From Paraspadella gotoi (lineage: Eukaryota; Animalia; Chaetognatha): a stretch of DNA of 64,000 bases. A model generated the notes under the pieces. It saw only the letters and a program-made list of their open reading frames with translations. It ran no database searches and had not been told where the DNA came from. Below, one piece after another: positions 25,459-37,870 of this stretch. Numbering within the stretch: position 1 is the first letter of the stretch; each line of letters opens with the position of its first letter. The stretch covers positions 4,161,025 to 4,225,024 of the forward strand of contig CM119265.1 of NCBI GenBank assembly GCA_051294375.1, in the 5' to 3' direction. The position numbers were made by a program, and so were the translations under genes.

Positions 25459-26634
25459 AACTAAAGACCGAAAAATAAAACCATGACTAAAACTACTGAA
25501 CAAATTATTTTTAACCTCACATCAATGACAAAAAGAAAATATAAATTAAACTTTTTTTAACTTAACATTCAACAAATAAAACAAGAGTAAAAGATGACGA
25601 CAATAACCACGACGAAGTCGATGAAGACGATAAAACGGACGACGCGAAATCAAAACAACGCCCGTGATAGCGACGACGACGATGACAACGACGACAACGA
25701 CGACGACGACAACTAATCTTTTTATCTCTCCGTCCTCGTTTTGATCCGTAATCTTTTCGACAAAAAAAAGTCCAGAATCTGGTTTCAAAAGTGGAGTTTC
25801 GGGTTTGTCTCTGTCTCTGACTTTTTTCTTTGTGTTTCTCTCTGTGTTTTCATAAGATTTTTATACCAAATTTCACTTTTCAAGGATTATATTTAAATAA
25901 CACCTTTCTTCAAATTAAAAAAAAATTGGTTAAAGTTTTAACTTCAAAAGCTTCGAAAACAAAAAAATAAAACGGCCGCCTTAAAAACCTTCTTCTATCC
26001 ATCGGACGAACGGACGGACGGATGGACGGAAGAACGGACGGACGGACGGACGAACGGACGAATGGACAAACGGACGAACGGACGGACGGACAGACGGACG
26101 GACGGATAAGCATATCAGACTAAAAACTGTTTTGTTTTTAAAATTTTATACCAAGTTAAATCGCTGTAGCAATTGTAGAAAACTAGTTTGGAAGAATTAA
26201 TTGTGGAATGATTTATTTTATTTTAATTTTAAGCACAAAATCAATGAAAAAATTACGGACATAATATTTTTAACATTGTAAGTTTTTATTCCAGTTTTAA
26301 ACATCTTTTCAGACATGTTTTACCATCTTTTTAGTATGTAAAGAAAAAGTAACACGTTATTGGAAATATAAACCGAATGTTTTAAATAAAAAAATAATGT
26401 GTTTATAGTGAAAATTCGTAATGACTGAAAGCTGTTGCTATCACGCAGCGAGTGAATTTAATTTGAGAAAAAAAATGAAAATGAAGGGAAAAATTTGAGA
26501 AAAAGACACAAAACGTCGAGTTAAAAAAAGGAGAGCGTGCGAAATAATGTATTTAGATGTTTATATCGTTCGTAAATCATTTATAAATTCTTTATCTAAA
26601 CTTATGATGTGTAAGTCAATGAGGTGTGAAGAGA

Positions 26635-26671
<37 letters not shown>

Positions 26672-27070
26672 AAATATAAGCCAACAAATGCAAAGAGTTT
26701 TCACATCCGCAATAGTCGGAGCTTTCTCCGTCAGCGAACCGGATATCGAGAAAGTAGCCGAGAGGGCTTGGTCGGAGAATAGCGTCTATGACATCTCGGG
26801 TTCGAATCCGGATTAGAGATGATCAAAAAGGTTGGCGTCTAACGGAATTTTGAAATTAAAACTACTAATTTAAAAGGTCATAAAAACTAATGCAGAGATA
26901 AAAGCAAATCCGAAAGCAGTCGCCATAACAACGACCACAATAATAACAACAACAACGACGCCGATCTACTATAACCAAATTACTCTACGCAAACTGAAAA
27001 AAAGTAAATAAAATCGACTCGACTTTTTTTTCTTTTTTCTTTTTTTTCTCATAGCGTGTTCACCCTTTAT

Positions 27071-27780
27071 TTTTAGTCGGATCTGCTTATCACTTTGTCG
27101 GTCGGTCGGTCTTGTCGGGCATTCACTTATATTATGTCAGAACATCGAATTATGATAAATTATTTAAAAAAAACGATGTCCGTCCGTCCGTCTGTCTATC
27201 TGTCTGTCTATCTGTCTGTCTGTCTATCTATCTGTCATTCTGTCTGTTCGTCTGTCCGTCTGTCGGTCCGTCCCACCTTAGCAAAAAACTCAAATTGCTC
27301 GTGATTGGATGATAGAATGGAGTTAAATTTTGTGTGTGGGTAGAAAAGTGTGTGATTGAGCAGGATATAAACTTTATAACTTTATAACTTTGTAATAAAG
27401 TTTCGTTGGAATCGAGAAGTGGAAATGATTTTGCATGGAAAAAACCAAAGACAGGTTAGATACCTCACCCGAGAGCTAATATCATATATATTTTCTATAT
27501 ATTTTTATGCCGGTCCCTGGAGGATGATATCAATANNNNNNNNNNNNNNNNNNNNNNNNNACCTGTCACAGGTTGACTGAATTTTTATTATATATGCTTA
27601 CTCATGAATGTTTTAATTAATTAATTAATTATTTAATTAATTAGTTAAGTGAAACAATGATGCGAGTTGAAAAAAGTATCCAAGTTGAAAAAATAATAAT
27701 AGTTAAAAAAATTATTTGTACTTTATTTGTAAATATTTCTTCTTTAGTATTTATTAATTTATTTATTTATTTATTTATTT

Positions 27781-27875
<95 letters not shown>

Positions 27876-27960
27876 TTATTTATTTATTTATTTATTTATT
27901 TAGCTGTTTACCGCTTAATTATCGTGGGCAGATCCGACATTGTTTGCTCAAACTTGTTTA
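27071..27960 (+). mobile_element. HINE-like element (spans an N gap)
   Basis: 5' ttttagtcggatctgc, (GTCY)n tract, 3' gcagatccgacattgtttgctcaaacttgttt. Confidence 0.75.
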
Positions 27961-27968
27961 ATTTGTAA

Positions 27969-28055
<87 letters not shown>

Positions 28056-28312
28056 TCTCGATTTAACAATTTTTACGAGGAATAGAAATCCGGGTTGCAA
28101 AGCTTTAATTTTTTTCTTTCTGTTTTAATTCTTTCTTTTTATTTTTTTAAGAATCCTCGGCTCGCAACGGGGATAATTTTTTTTCGTTGTCACAACCGAA
28201 GAAGCGGATTTTCAAATTGTTTCGTGTTATTTTCGAAAAAAAACTTTATTTAATTCCCGTTTATATTTTTTTTGGGGACTTTTTTGTTTTCGCCAAACGG
28301 GTTCAGTCAACG

Positions 28313-28410
<98 letters not shown>

Positions 28411-29371
28411 GAATCTTCATTGACATTTTTTAAACGGATTCAAATTCACATCGCATTCGGCCATTATTTCCTTTTATCCTTTTATCTATAATTTAATTAA
28501 TCGGATAAATCAAAATCGACGAATTATTAGCAGGAAACATCGGAGTTACTGTCACAAATTTTTAACCTCGGGTTTTTTATATTTTTTTGTAAACCGTTTT
28601 AAACAATTCAAAATAAATTTTATCTGCACCCCCTAGATCTCTAATTGCGCCTGCTTATATACAAAAATTAAAATTTCATTTGAATTTTTATAGCTTCTTC
28701 TATTTTTATATTTTTCCTATTCAAATATTACATATTTTTTGAATTTATATTTGACCTTTTTGTCTACACCCCCAGACCTTATATTGACCGCAATCCTAAA
28801 TTTTATTTCCTGCTCATTTTTTATAAAAGGTTTACCAAGACTAGTAACGTTTGAACAGTCAGTTTCGATCAGTCACAGCGATTCACAATATGTCGATGAA
28901 ACTCCTGGTTAATCTTTCTTTTCGAAATTCGGATAGGATCTCCCTTTTCTAAACTCCGATTTTCTTATTCATAAATATTTACGTCTTTTATCAATTTCCT
29001 TCGATTTCATCCAAAAAATTTAAAATTTCTTCTCACTTTCTTCGTTTTCATTTGAAGCGAGAATCAACATTTTAAAAGAAAAAAATAATTTCGAATCGTT
29101 TTAGTACAAAAAAAATACTAATTACCAAATTGGCAAAGAAAACAGGACTCCCCGTTGAGACAATTAACTCATTTCCCACAGAGCTACAGAGTTCATTTTT
29201 AATTATTTTTTTTTTGTTGTTGTTAATTTTGGAGAAAATTATACAGAAAAGGAAGGAAGGAAAACGGATGGAGTAATATTGCCTCATGTCACGTAAACGC
29301 GAAATTGGCGGAGAAAACAAACCGTTAATATTTTTTTACAAGCGCAAAAAGTTCGTAAATTTTGGGAAGAG

Positions 29372-29375
<4 letters not shown>
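27566..29375 (+). repeat. Block X, directly duplicated at 34297-36045
   Basis: Colinear near-identity from 'acaggttgact(t)gaatttttatta' to 'ttttgggaagaggggagaga'. Confidence 0.93.
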
Positions 29376-29422
<47 letters not shown>

Positions 29423-29499
29423 GAAGGGTAGAACTAAGAAAGGAGATGCAATTTAATGATTGCGTGGGAGTGAAAACAAGATGCAAAAATGAAGGAAGT

Positions 29500-29649
<150 letters not shown>

Positions 29650-29981
29650 GAGAGAGAGATTCATCACTATCAGTTTTCTCTCAATTTTGTGTTAATTTAT
29701 TTAAACTTATTATAAAATAAGTAAACATAAGTAAATAAAATACAGCAACATAAAACTATGAAACGTTAATTTTTTCATCGAAGGCGAAGACCAAACTCGA
29801 CTCCCGAATGTAAACAAACAACGAGAAAAGCGGCGACGTTGCCTGGCAACCGGGGAAACGAATAAAAAAAGAAGGGGAAACAAATAAAAAGAAGTCGACA
29901 GAATAAAAAAGCTAAGGAGGAAACAAAGCGACGAAGTTCGTTGCTCCGTCGAACTGTAAAGCGAAAGGACGACGACCTCGT

Positions 29982-30012
<31 letters not shown>

Positions 30013-30268
30013 CGTCAACCAAGAACGCCATCCAACAACCGGCATCGGTCGTCTAGGGACGCCCCCCTTAAATAGAACCGAGAAACGCGAGACGTCGCGG
30101 GATTATTTTTTTCCGGCGCCGGAATCTCGTTTGTCATCGGCGCCGAAAACGCGAGGCCGCCGACACGCCGGCGTTCCTAAACTTGCGCCGCAGCGCCGCC
30201 TATTTCGGGGGGGCGCCGCTAGATCTTTGTCGGTCGTCTTAATCGTCGTCTCTGCTTGAATTCTCCAG

Positions 30269-30538
30269 CATCCATGACGCCAAACTCCTGACTACGATCT
30301 GCGACTGTTTCCGGCCTTCCAAAGTCGACGCCGTAGACGCCGCCGACGATGCAGCCGATGAAGCTTTCGTAGAAGACGCCGCCATTGCTGACGCCGAGAC
30401 CGACGACTCGATCGGCGCCAAAGAGAACAACAATCAGCGGAAGCGGACGCGAGTGTCGCCGGCGAAAGCGGAAGAAACGAGAGAAGCGGACAAAGTTGGA
30501 GGAGAAGCGGAGATGAAGATGGAGAATGAGAGGGATTG
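30269..30538 (+). CDS. Candidate exon encoding an acidic Ala/Asp/Glu-rich peptide (also in the two other Y copies)
   Basis: ttctccag acceptor, open frame IHDAKLLTTICDCFRPSK.DAVDAADD...EMKMENERD, donor TG|gtaag. GC/CpG-rich codon style matches the PDE exons. Confidence 0.4.
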
Positions 30539-30628
30539 GTAAGATGGAGGGAACGGAGGAGAGGGGGAGGGAAGGGGGGAAGGGGAGAGGGGAAGGAAGG
30601 GGGGGAAGGAGGAAGGGAAGGGAGGAGG

Positions 30629-30973
30629 GTAGTCGTCTGGCTCGATAGCGAGGCCCTGTATATTTTCCGTCATCCACCCTACTAAGCTCATATAGTGTAG
30701 TCGTTCTGGCTCGATAGCGAGCCCTGTGATATTTTCCGTCATCCACCCTACTAAGCTCATATAGTGTAGTCGTTCTGCTCGATAGCGAGGCCCTGTGATA
30801 TTTTCCGTCATCCACCCTACTAAGCTCATATAGTGTAGTCGTTCTGGCTCGATAGCGAGGCCTGTGATATTTTCCGTCATCCACCCTACTAAGCTCATAT
30901 AGTGTAGTCGTTCTGGCTCGATAGCGAGGCCCGGTGATATTTTCCGTCATCCACCCTACTAAGCTCATATAGT
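30629..30973. repeat. 70-bp tandem repeat x5 (copies at 40362-40706 inverted and 42867-43212)
   Basis: Unit gtagtcgttctggctcgatagcgaggccctgtgatattttccgtcatccaccctactaagctcatatagt, with no spacers. Confidence 0.95.
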
Positions 30974-31577
30974 GGGGGAGGGAAGGGGGAGGGGGAATGA
31001 GAGAGAAACTGATGAGAGGAAAGACGGCGCCATGGGAGGAAAGGTTTGTGCTCAACGTTTTTTTTTTAAATCAAGTTGAAGAATTAAAATTGTGTTTTTT
31101 TTTTCTAAATAAATATAAAAAAATTCCGAGGAATTTCATGTAATGAGATTAATTTTCCTCGGATTTCATTTATCATTTAGTTAATGGAAAAAGAGAAGAT
31201 CCGTTTTTGAAAAGAGATTAAAATAAAAAAAAGGTTTGGATGAAAATGGGAAAAGAGAAGGAAACTCGTCGCATCGAGAAGATGGAAAATAAGTAATTAA
31301 TTTAAAAGGAATTGGTGAGTCACATCCTGTTTCATCGGCGAGCCAATCGCTGCGTCATTGGTGCGACATAAGTGCGTATTTGAGTCGCCCATCGCTGCGC
31401 CATTTACGCGCACGTGCTGCGTCATGGTTTCGTCAATCTTCGTAATTGACGCGCAAATCACTGCGTCATTTCTGTGTCAATTGCTTCGCCATTTTTCCGT
31501 CAATCGCTATGTTCATCGCAACGTCAATCATTTAATGCCAATCTCTGCGCCATTAGGGCAGTCTAGACAATCTTTGC

Positions 31578-32177
31578 TAAGGCGTAGTGAAAGTTACATA
31601 CGAAAATTCTAAAAGTCAATTATGAACAACATACCATAAGTGAACATTAATTTGTAAAAAAAATAATTTTATGTTCTTCAATTTGCGCAGTAGGCTATAT
31701 TTATATATAGTACTAATCCTTATAAATGTGAAAATTTCAAAAAGGCTTTTCTTTATTTATTCAGAGTTTGAATTCCTCGTCAAAAGTTGATAAAAGAAAA
31801 TATAAATCATTTTTAAAAATTATTTCATTAATGGGTTAAAATTAAAAAACTATATTTAATATATAAAAAAGTAATTTTCAAGCTTAAATATAGCTTTTTC
31901 TAATTTTTGACCCACTTAATAAGGAATTTTTAAAAAGATTTATTTCTTCTTATCAACTTTTTATGACAAATCCAATCTGCAAAAAAATCTTAGAAAAAAA
32001 CTGTTTTGAAATTTTAACATTATGGTTTAGTACTAGTATAAATATGAGCCTACTGCTAAATTGTAAAATTATATTATAATATTTTTTATTACATAAATGT
32101 ATCATTAATATAATGTGTTCGTTCCTTACTTTTAGACATTTTAATTAAATTTAATTTAGAAATTTTACTACGCCTTA
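31578..32177. mobile_element. hAT MITE, 600 bp (copies at 39137-39754 and 43824-44435)
   Basis: TIR TAAGGCGTAGT / ACTACGCCTTA with a perfect 8-bp TSD ATCTTTGC, plus internal subterminal inverted repeats. Confidence 0.9.
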
Positions 32178-32424
32178 ATCTTTGCGTCAGTGGTGCTCCA
32201 ATCCAAAATCAATTAAGTTATCCTCACGTTATTACCACGTTAATAAAGGCGTTGACTTTGCCCGTTCGTCTCGCAAAAATAAGTCAGGATTATTTCTTTC
32301 CAGGATAAAAGAGAATTAATTCTGACGACGCGGGTTTTCATGCAGATGGTTGAGAAGCATTGAGACGAATCATTGGTCGGATGTCATCGGCTTTAAGCGC
32401 TTAGCCTTTGATGTGAGGCTTGGA

Positions 32425-32790
32425 AGGTTATTGGCCTTAATGGGCTTAAAAAGGTTATTAGCCTTTGATGATTGGGTTTAAAAGGTTATTGGCCTTTGAA
32501 GAATGGGCTTAAAAGGTTATTGGCCTTTGATGAATGGGCTTAAAAAGGTTATTGGCCTTTGATGAATGGGCTTAAAAGGTTATTGGCCTTGATGAATGGG
32601 CTTAAAAGGTTATTGGCCTTTGATGAATGGGCTTAAAATGTTATTGGCCTTTGATGAATGGGCTTAAAATGTTATTGGCCTTGAATGAATGGGCTTAAAA
32701 GGTTATTGGCCTTTGATGAATGGCTTAAAAGGTTATTGGCCTTTGATGAATGGGCTTAAAAGGTTATTGGCCTTTGATGAATGGGCTTGG
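32425..32790. repeat. 31-bp tandem repeat (aaaaggttattggcctttgatgaatgggctt), ~12 copies; also 38520-38885 (~12) and 44686-44992 (~10)
   Basis: Directly visible. Unit counts were made by eye. Confidence 0.95.
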
Positions 32791-33436
32791 GAGGTTACGA
32801 AAATTGTCTCAATAGAAAAAGAAGGATGCGCGTCGCCTAGTTGACATCTTTTATTTCGGCGAATTTATTGCACGATGCGTAATTGCAGAATGCACATCAT
32901 GGTCACACCCTTTTTTGACTCATCTGAGCGTCTGCGTCAGTTTATCTCGTCGTCGTCGCTGTCGCCGTCGTTTTCGTCATCGAATTAAGGCTCCACTTCA
33001 TCATAATCATCCGATAATAATGATACACTAATGTATCATTCCACTTCAATTTTGGAAATGAATGCGTTATATAACGATGCAAGAAGTATCTATACTCTGA
33101 TATGATAGAGATATTTATGACTCGATAATTCTAGCTTAGACTTACTACTTTTTCTCACGCTAGCCACAAGTAGAAAAAACACAACAAAGTTGATAATTAT
33201 TTCAAAGTCAACCACTAAAGAACTTACAACAATCCGGCAATAAGATTCAATATATTACCGAGGGTGTTACAGTAAATAACATTTTACCTCTCAGTATTCG
33301 ACTCCCGACGTCGAAATAAATACAGTGGGCGTCGCTGACTATATCACATTCGCTTGAAGTAGACAATTTGTATTCATAACAGGAAGAAAACTCCATTTTA
33401 CGACCCGAATTTTTTTTATCTCGCCAGACGGGCCTA

Positions 33437-34257
33437 CAGATCTGCTCAAAAAATGTTTAAACTTTGAACCCCCTACTATCTCGCTTGTTTATCATCTATT
33501 AATTAGATCTTGGTTCATATGAAAGTCTAGACAAATATCTTTCATTCGATCCCATGACGAGGTTTTTAGGCTAAATATTATATAGTAGCAGTGCTAAAAT
33601 AAAAAAAAAGGATCGAAATTTTGTCTTACAAATTTTTTTTTTTTTTTTGCGAAAAAATTTTCTTATCCATCTTTGTTTTTTAATGTTTTTTTATCATGGA
33701 AACTTTAAAACAGCTAAACCCTAAAAAGAGAGGTGCAATTGTTGAGCTTTGGTAGGCGGGTTTGTCAAGATATAGGATCGCCAAACAGCTTCATTTCTCT
33801 TCATTTCTCTTCATTTCAGCCATCTGCAGAGTTGTCAACAAATTTGAAGCAAATGGAAACCTTGGACGAGCTGTTGGAAGCAAGTGGCCTTGCATGTACA
33901 CGAAGAGCAAGGACGATGACCTGGAAAGTCCGTAAGGCTTCTGCAAGCCAGTTGAGAAAAAAATGGAGAGAAGAAGAATTGCTGCCAGTCATTTAACAGT
34001 GAATGGGCATTGGGCAGCTGTTCATGGAGAATAGAGCTCCTGGATACAAGCCAAAACCCCAAAAAATTTCATGAGAAAAACGGGATAGAAGTGCTCGAAG
34101 GTTAGCCCAGAAACTCGCCTGACTGCAACATCATCGAAAATGTCTGGCCAAGGATGAAAAGGGACATTTTGCAGTACAATGCAATGACAGTCGACAAAAT
34201 CAAAACAATTTTAAATCACATTTGGGGGAGCTGAACCCTTAATATTTGCCCAGCCTC
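33437..34257 (+). mobile_element. Truncated copy of the Tc1-type element
   Basis: TA + CAGATCTGCTCAAAAA left TIR and transposase remnant (NSPDCNIIENVW). The right end is missing. Confidence 0.85.
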
Positions 34258-35014
34258 AACGTTCTGACAAAATTAAAAATCGATGGAGGAATCTAGACAG
34301 GTTGACTTGAATTTTTATTATATATGCTTACTCATGAATGTTTTAATTAATTAATTAATTATTTAATTAATTAGTTAAGTGAAACAATGATGCGAGTTGA
34401 AAAAAGTATCCAAGTTGAAAAAATAATAATAGTTAAAAAAATTATTTGTANNNNNNNNNNNNNNNNNNNNNNNNNNNNNNNNNNNNNNNNNNNNNNNNNN
34501 NNNNNNNNNNNNNNNNNNNNNNNNNNNNNNNNNNNNNNNNNNNNNNNNNNNNNNNNNNNNNNNNNNNNNNNNNNNNNNNNNNNNNNNNNNNNNNNNNNNN
34601 NNNNNNNNNNNNNNNNNNNNNNNNNNNNNNNNNNNNNNNNNNNNNNNNNNNNNNNNNNNNNNNNNNNNNNNNNNNNNNNNNNNNNNNNNNNNNNNNNNNN
34701 NNNNNNNNNNNNNNNNNNNNNNNNNNNNNNNNNNNNNAGAGAGAGAGAGAGAAATCTCTCGATTTAACAATTTTTACGAGGAATAGAAATCCGGGTTGCA
34801 AAGCTTTCATTTTTTTCTTTCTGTTTTAATTCTTTCTTTTTATTTTTTTAAGAATCCTCGGCTCGCAACGGGGATAATTTTTTTTCGTTGTCACAACCGA
34901 AGAAGCGGATTTTTCAAATTGTTTCGTGTTATTTTCGAAAAAAAACTTTATTTTAATTCCCGTTTATATTTTTTTGGGGACTTTTTTGTTTTCGCCAAAC
35001 GGGTTCAGTCAACG

Positions 35015-35070
<56 letters not shown>

Positions 35071-36874
35071 GAATCTTCATTGACATTTTTTAAACGGATT
35101 CAAATTCACATCGCATTCGGCCATTATTTCCTTTTATCCTTTTATCTATAATTTAATTAATCGGATAAAATCAAAATCGACGAATTAATAGCAGGAAACA
35201 ATCGGAGTTACTGTCACAAATTTTTAACCTCGGGTTTTTTATATTTTTTTGTAAACCGTTTTAAACAATTCAAAATAAATTTTATCTGCACCCCCTAGAT
35301 CTCTAATTGCGCCTGCTTATATACAAAAATTAAAATTTCATTTGAATTTTTATAGCTTCTTCTATTTTTATATTTTTCCTATTCAAATATTACATATTTT
35401 TTGAATTTATATTTGACCTTTTTGTCTACACCCCCAGACCTTATATTGACCGCAATCCTAAATTTTATTTCCTGCTCATTTTTTATAAAAGGTTTACCAA
35501 GACTAGTAACGTTTGAAACAGTCAGTTTCGATCAGTCACAGCGATTCACAATATGTCGATGAAACTCCTGGTTAATCTTTCTTTTCGAAATTCGGATAGG
35601 ATCTCCCTTTTCTAAAACTCCGATTTTCTTATTCATAAATATTTACGTCTTTTATCAATTTCCTTCGATTTTCATCCAAAAAAATTTTAAAATTTCTTCT
35701 CACTTTCTTCGTTTTCATTTGAAGCGAGAATCAACATTTTAAAAGAAAAAAATAATTTCGAATCGTTTTAGTACAAAAAAAATACTAATTACCAAATTGG
35801 CAAAGAAAACAGGACTCCCCGTTGAGACAATTAACTCATTTCCCACAGAGCTACAGAGTTCATTTTTAATTTTTTTTTTTTGTTGTTGTTAATTTTGGAG
35901 AAAATTATACAGAAAAGGAAGGAAGGAAAACGGATGGAGTAATATTGCCTCATGTCACGTAAACGCGAAATTGGCGGAGAAAACAAACCGTTAATATTTT
36001 TTTACAAGCGCAAAAAGTTCGTAAATTTTGGGAAGAGGGGAGAGATTGGATTTGAACTTGGATTGATTGTCTAAATAAATTAATTAATATATATTGGATT
36101 GAAATATTAATTATGATTACTAAATAATTGATTGATTGATAAATGATTTATTGATTGAACCGCCGATTAACATAATTATTTATTAATTAATTGACCTAAT
36201 TGATTAAATTAACCAGATTATATAGTTTGATTAATTAATAAATCTTGCATTTATATATAATTTTAAAAAATAAGCATTATGAATTAGTGAAACAGGTTTT
36301 TTGTTTTTCCATTTAAACTCATTTCCACTCAACGAATTCATTCGAAACTTGATTTCCTGTTTAATCAACAGCTTTTATACCAAATACAAAATTTCAGGTC
36401 AATCGCCCATTCACTAAGGAGTAATTGACGTTCAAATAGTGAAATATATTTTTTTGTTTTTTTCGTCTATTTAAACTTTTCCACTCGCACGATTCCATCA
36501 AAAACTTCATATGCCAGCTTCAATTACAACACTGTCCCTAGCAACATACAAATTTACAATTCCAATCTAATCCATCGGATCGGACGGACAGACAGACAGA
36601 TAGACAAACGGAATGGAGAGACAGTAGTTTTTTTTTGTTTTTTTGATAATTTATCATAATTCGATGTTTTGACATGATATAAGTGAATGCTGCACAAGAT
36701 TGAGGGGGCGGACCGATGGACCGACGATGTGAATTATAGAGTCGGGATCTGCTGATTAGCAGGATCCACTAAAAAAATGCGTGATGCCGCCGCAGAATGA
36801 CTACGACGACAGAACAACGACGAGTCCTAAAGAAGCTGAAGCCGAAGCTAAATCATCGCCGAAGACGGGCTTAA

Positions 36875-37870
36875 CAGATCTGCTCAAAAAACAGTTTAGA
36901 TAGTTATGATAAAGCATATTTATTTCGTGCTATTTTGAAAGAAAGATAAATAATCTTTTTAAGGACTCGGTTAGTTAATACAGTTGTCGGACCACTATTT
37001 TGCCTTCGAGCACCGGTTTCATGACATGAGACAAGGGAGAGAGTCGTAGAGGCTGGGCAAATATTAAGGGTTCAGCTCCCCCAAATGTGATTTAAAATTG
37101 TTTTGATTTTGTCGACTGTCATTGCATTGTACTGAAAATGTCTTTTCATCTTGGCCAGACATTTTCGATGATGTTGCAGTCTAGGCGAGTTTCTGGGCTA
37201 ACCTTCGAGCACTTCTATCCCGTTTTTCTCATGAAATTTTTTGGGGTTTTGGCTTGTATCCAGGAGCTCTATTCTCCATGAACAGCTGCCAATGCCATTC
37301 ACTGTTAAATGACTGGCAGCAATTCTTCTTCTCTCCATTTTTTTCTCAACTGGCTTGCAGAAGCCTTACGGACTTTCAGGTCATCGTCCTTGCTCTTCGT
37401 GTACATGCAAGGCCACTTGCTTCCAACAGCTCGTCCAAGGTTTCCATTTGCTTCAATTTTGTTGACAACTCTGCAGATGGCTGAAATGAAGAGAAATGAA
37501 GAGAAATGAAGCTGTTTGGCGATCCTATATCTTGACAAACCCGCCTACCAAAGCTCAACAATTGGCACCTCTCTTTTTTAGGGTTTAGCTGTTTTTAAAG
37601 TTTCCATGATAAAAAAACATTAAAAAACAAAGATGGATAGAAAATTTTTTTTTCGCACAAAAAAAAAAAAAAATTTGTAAGACAAATTTCGATCCTTTTT
37701 TTTTATTTTAGCACTGCTACTATATAATATTTAGCCTAAAACTCGTCAATGGGATCGAATGAAAGATATTTGTCTAGACTTTCATATGAACCCAAGATCT
37801 AATTAAATAGGATGATAAACAAGCGAGATAGTAGGGGGTTCAAGTTTAAACATTTTTTTGAGCAGATCTG
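36875..37870 (-). mobile_element. Tc1-type element (mirror copy in the palindrome arm)
   Basis: Both TIRs CAGATCTGCTCAAAAA are present. Reverse complement of 45643-46631. Confidence 0.85.

Noticed and set aside
30629-30973. CRISPR array (also considered for the 37-bp, 31-bp and 18-bp arrays)
   Set aside because: Units are head-to-tail with no unique spacers, there are no cas genes, and the context is eukaryotic.
30219-31055. Long minus-strand ORFs with repeated peptides (also 40587-41117, 42530-43207)
   Set aside because: They arise from the 70-bp array (not a multiple of 3) plus the antisense of a GC-rich exon-like block, and the frames differ among copies.
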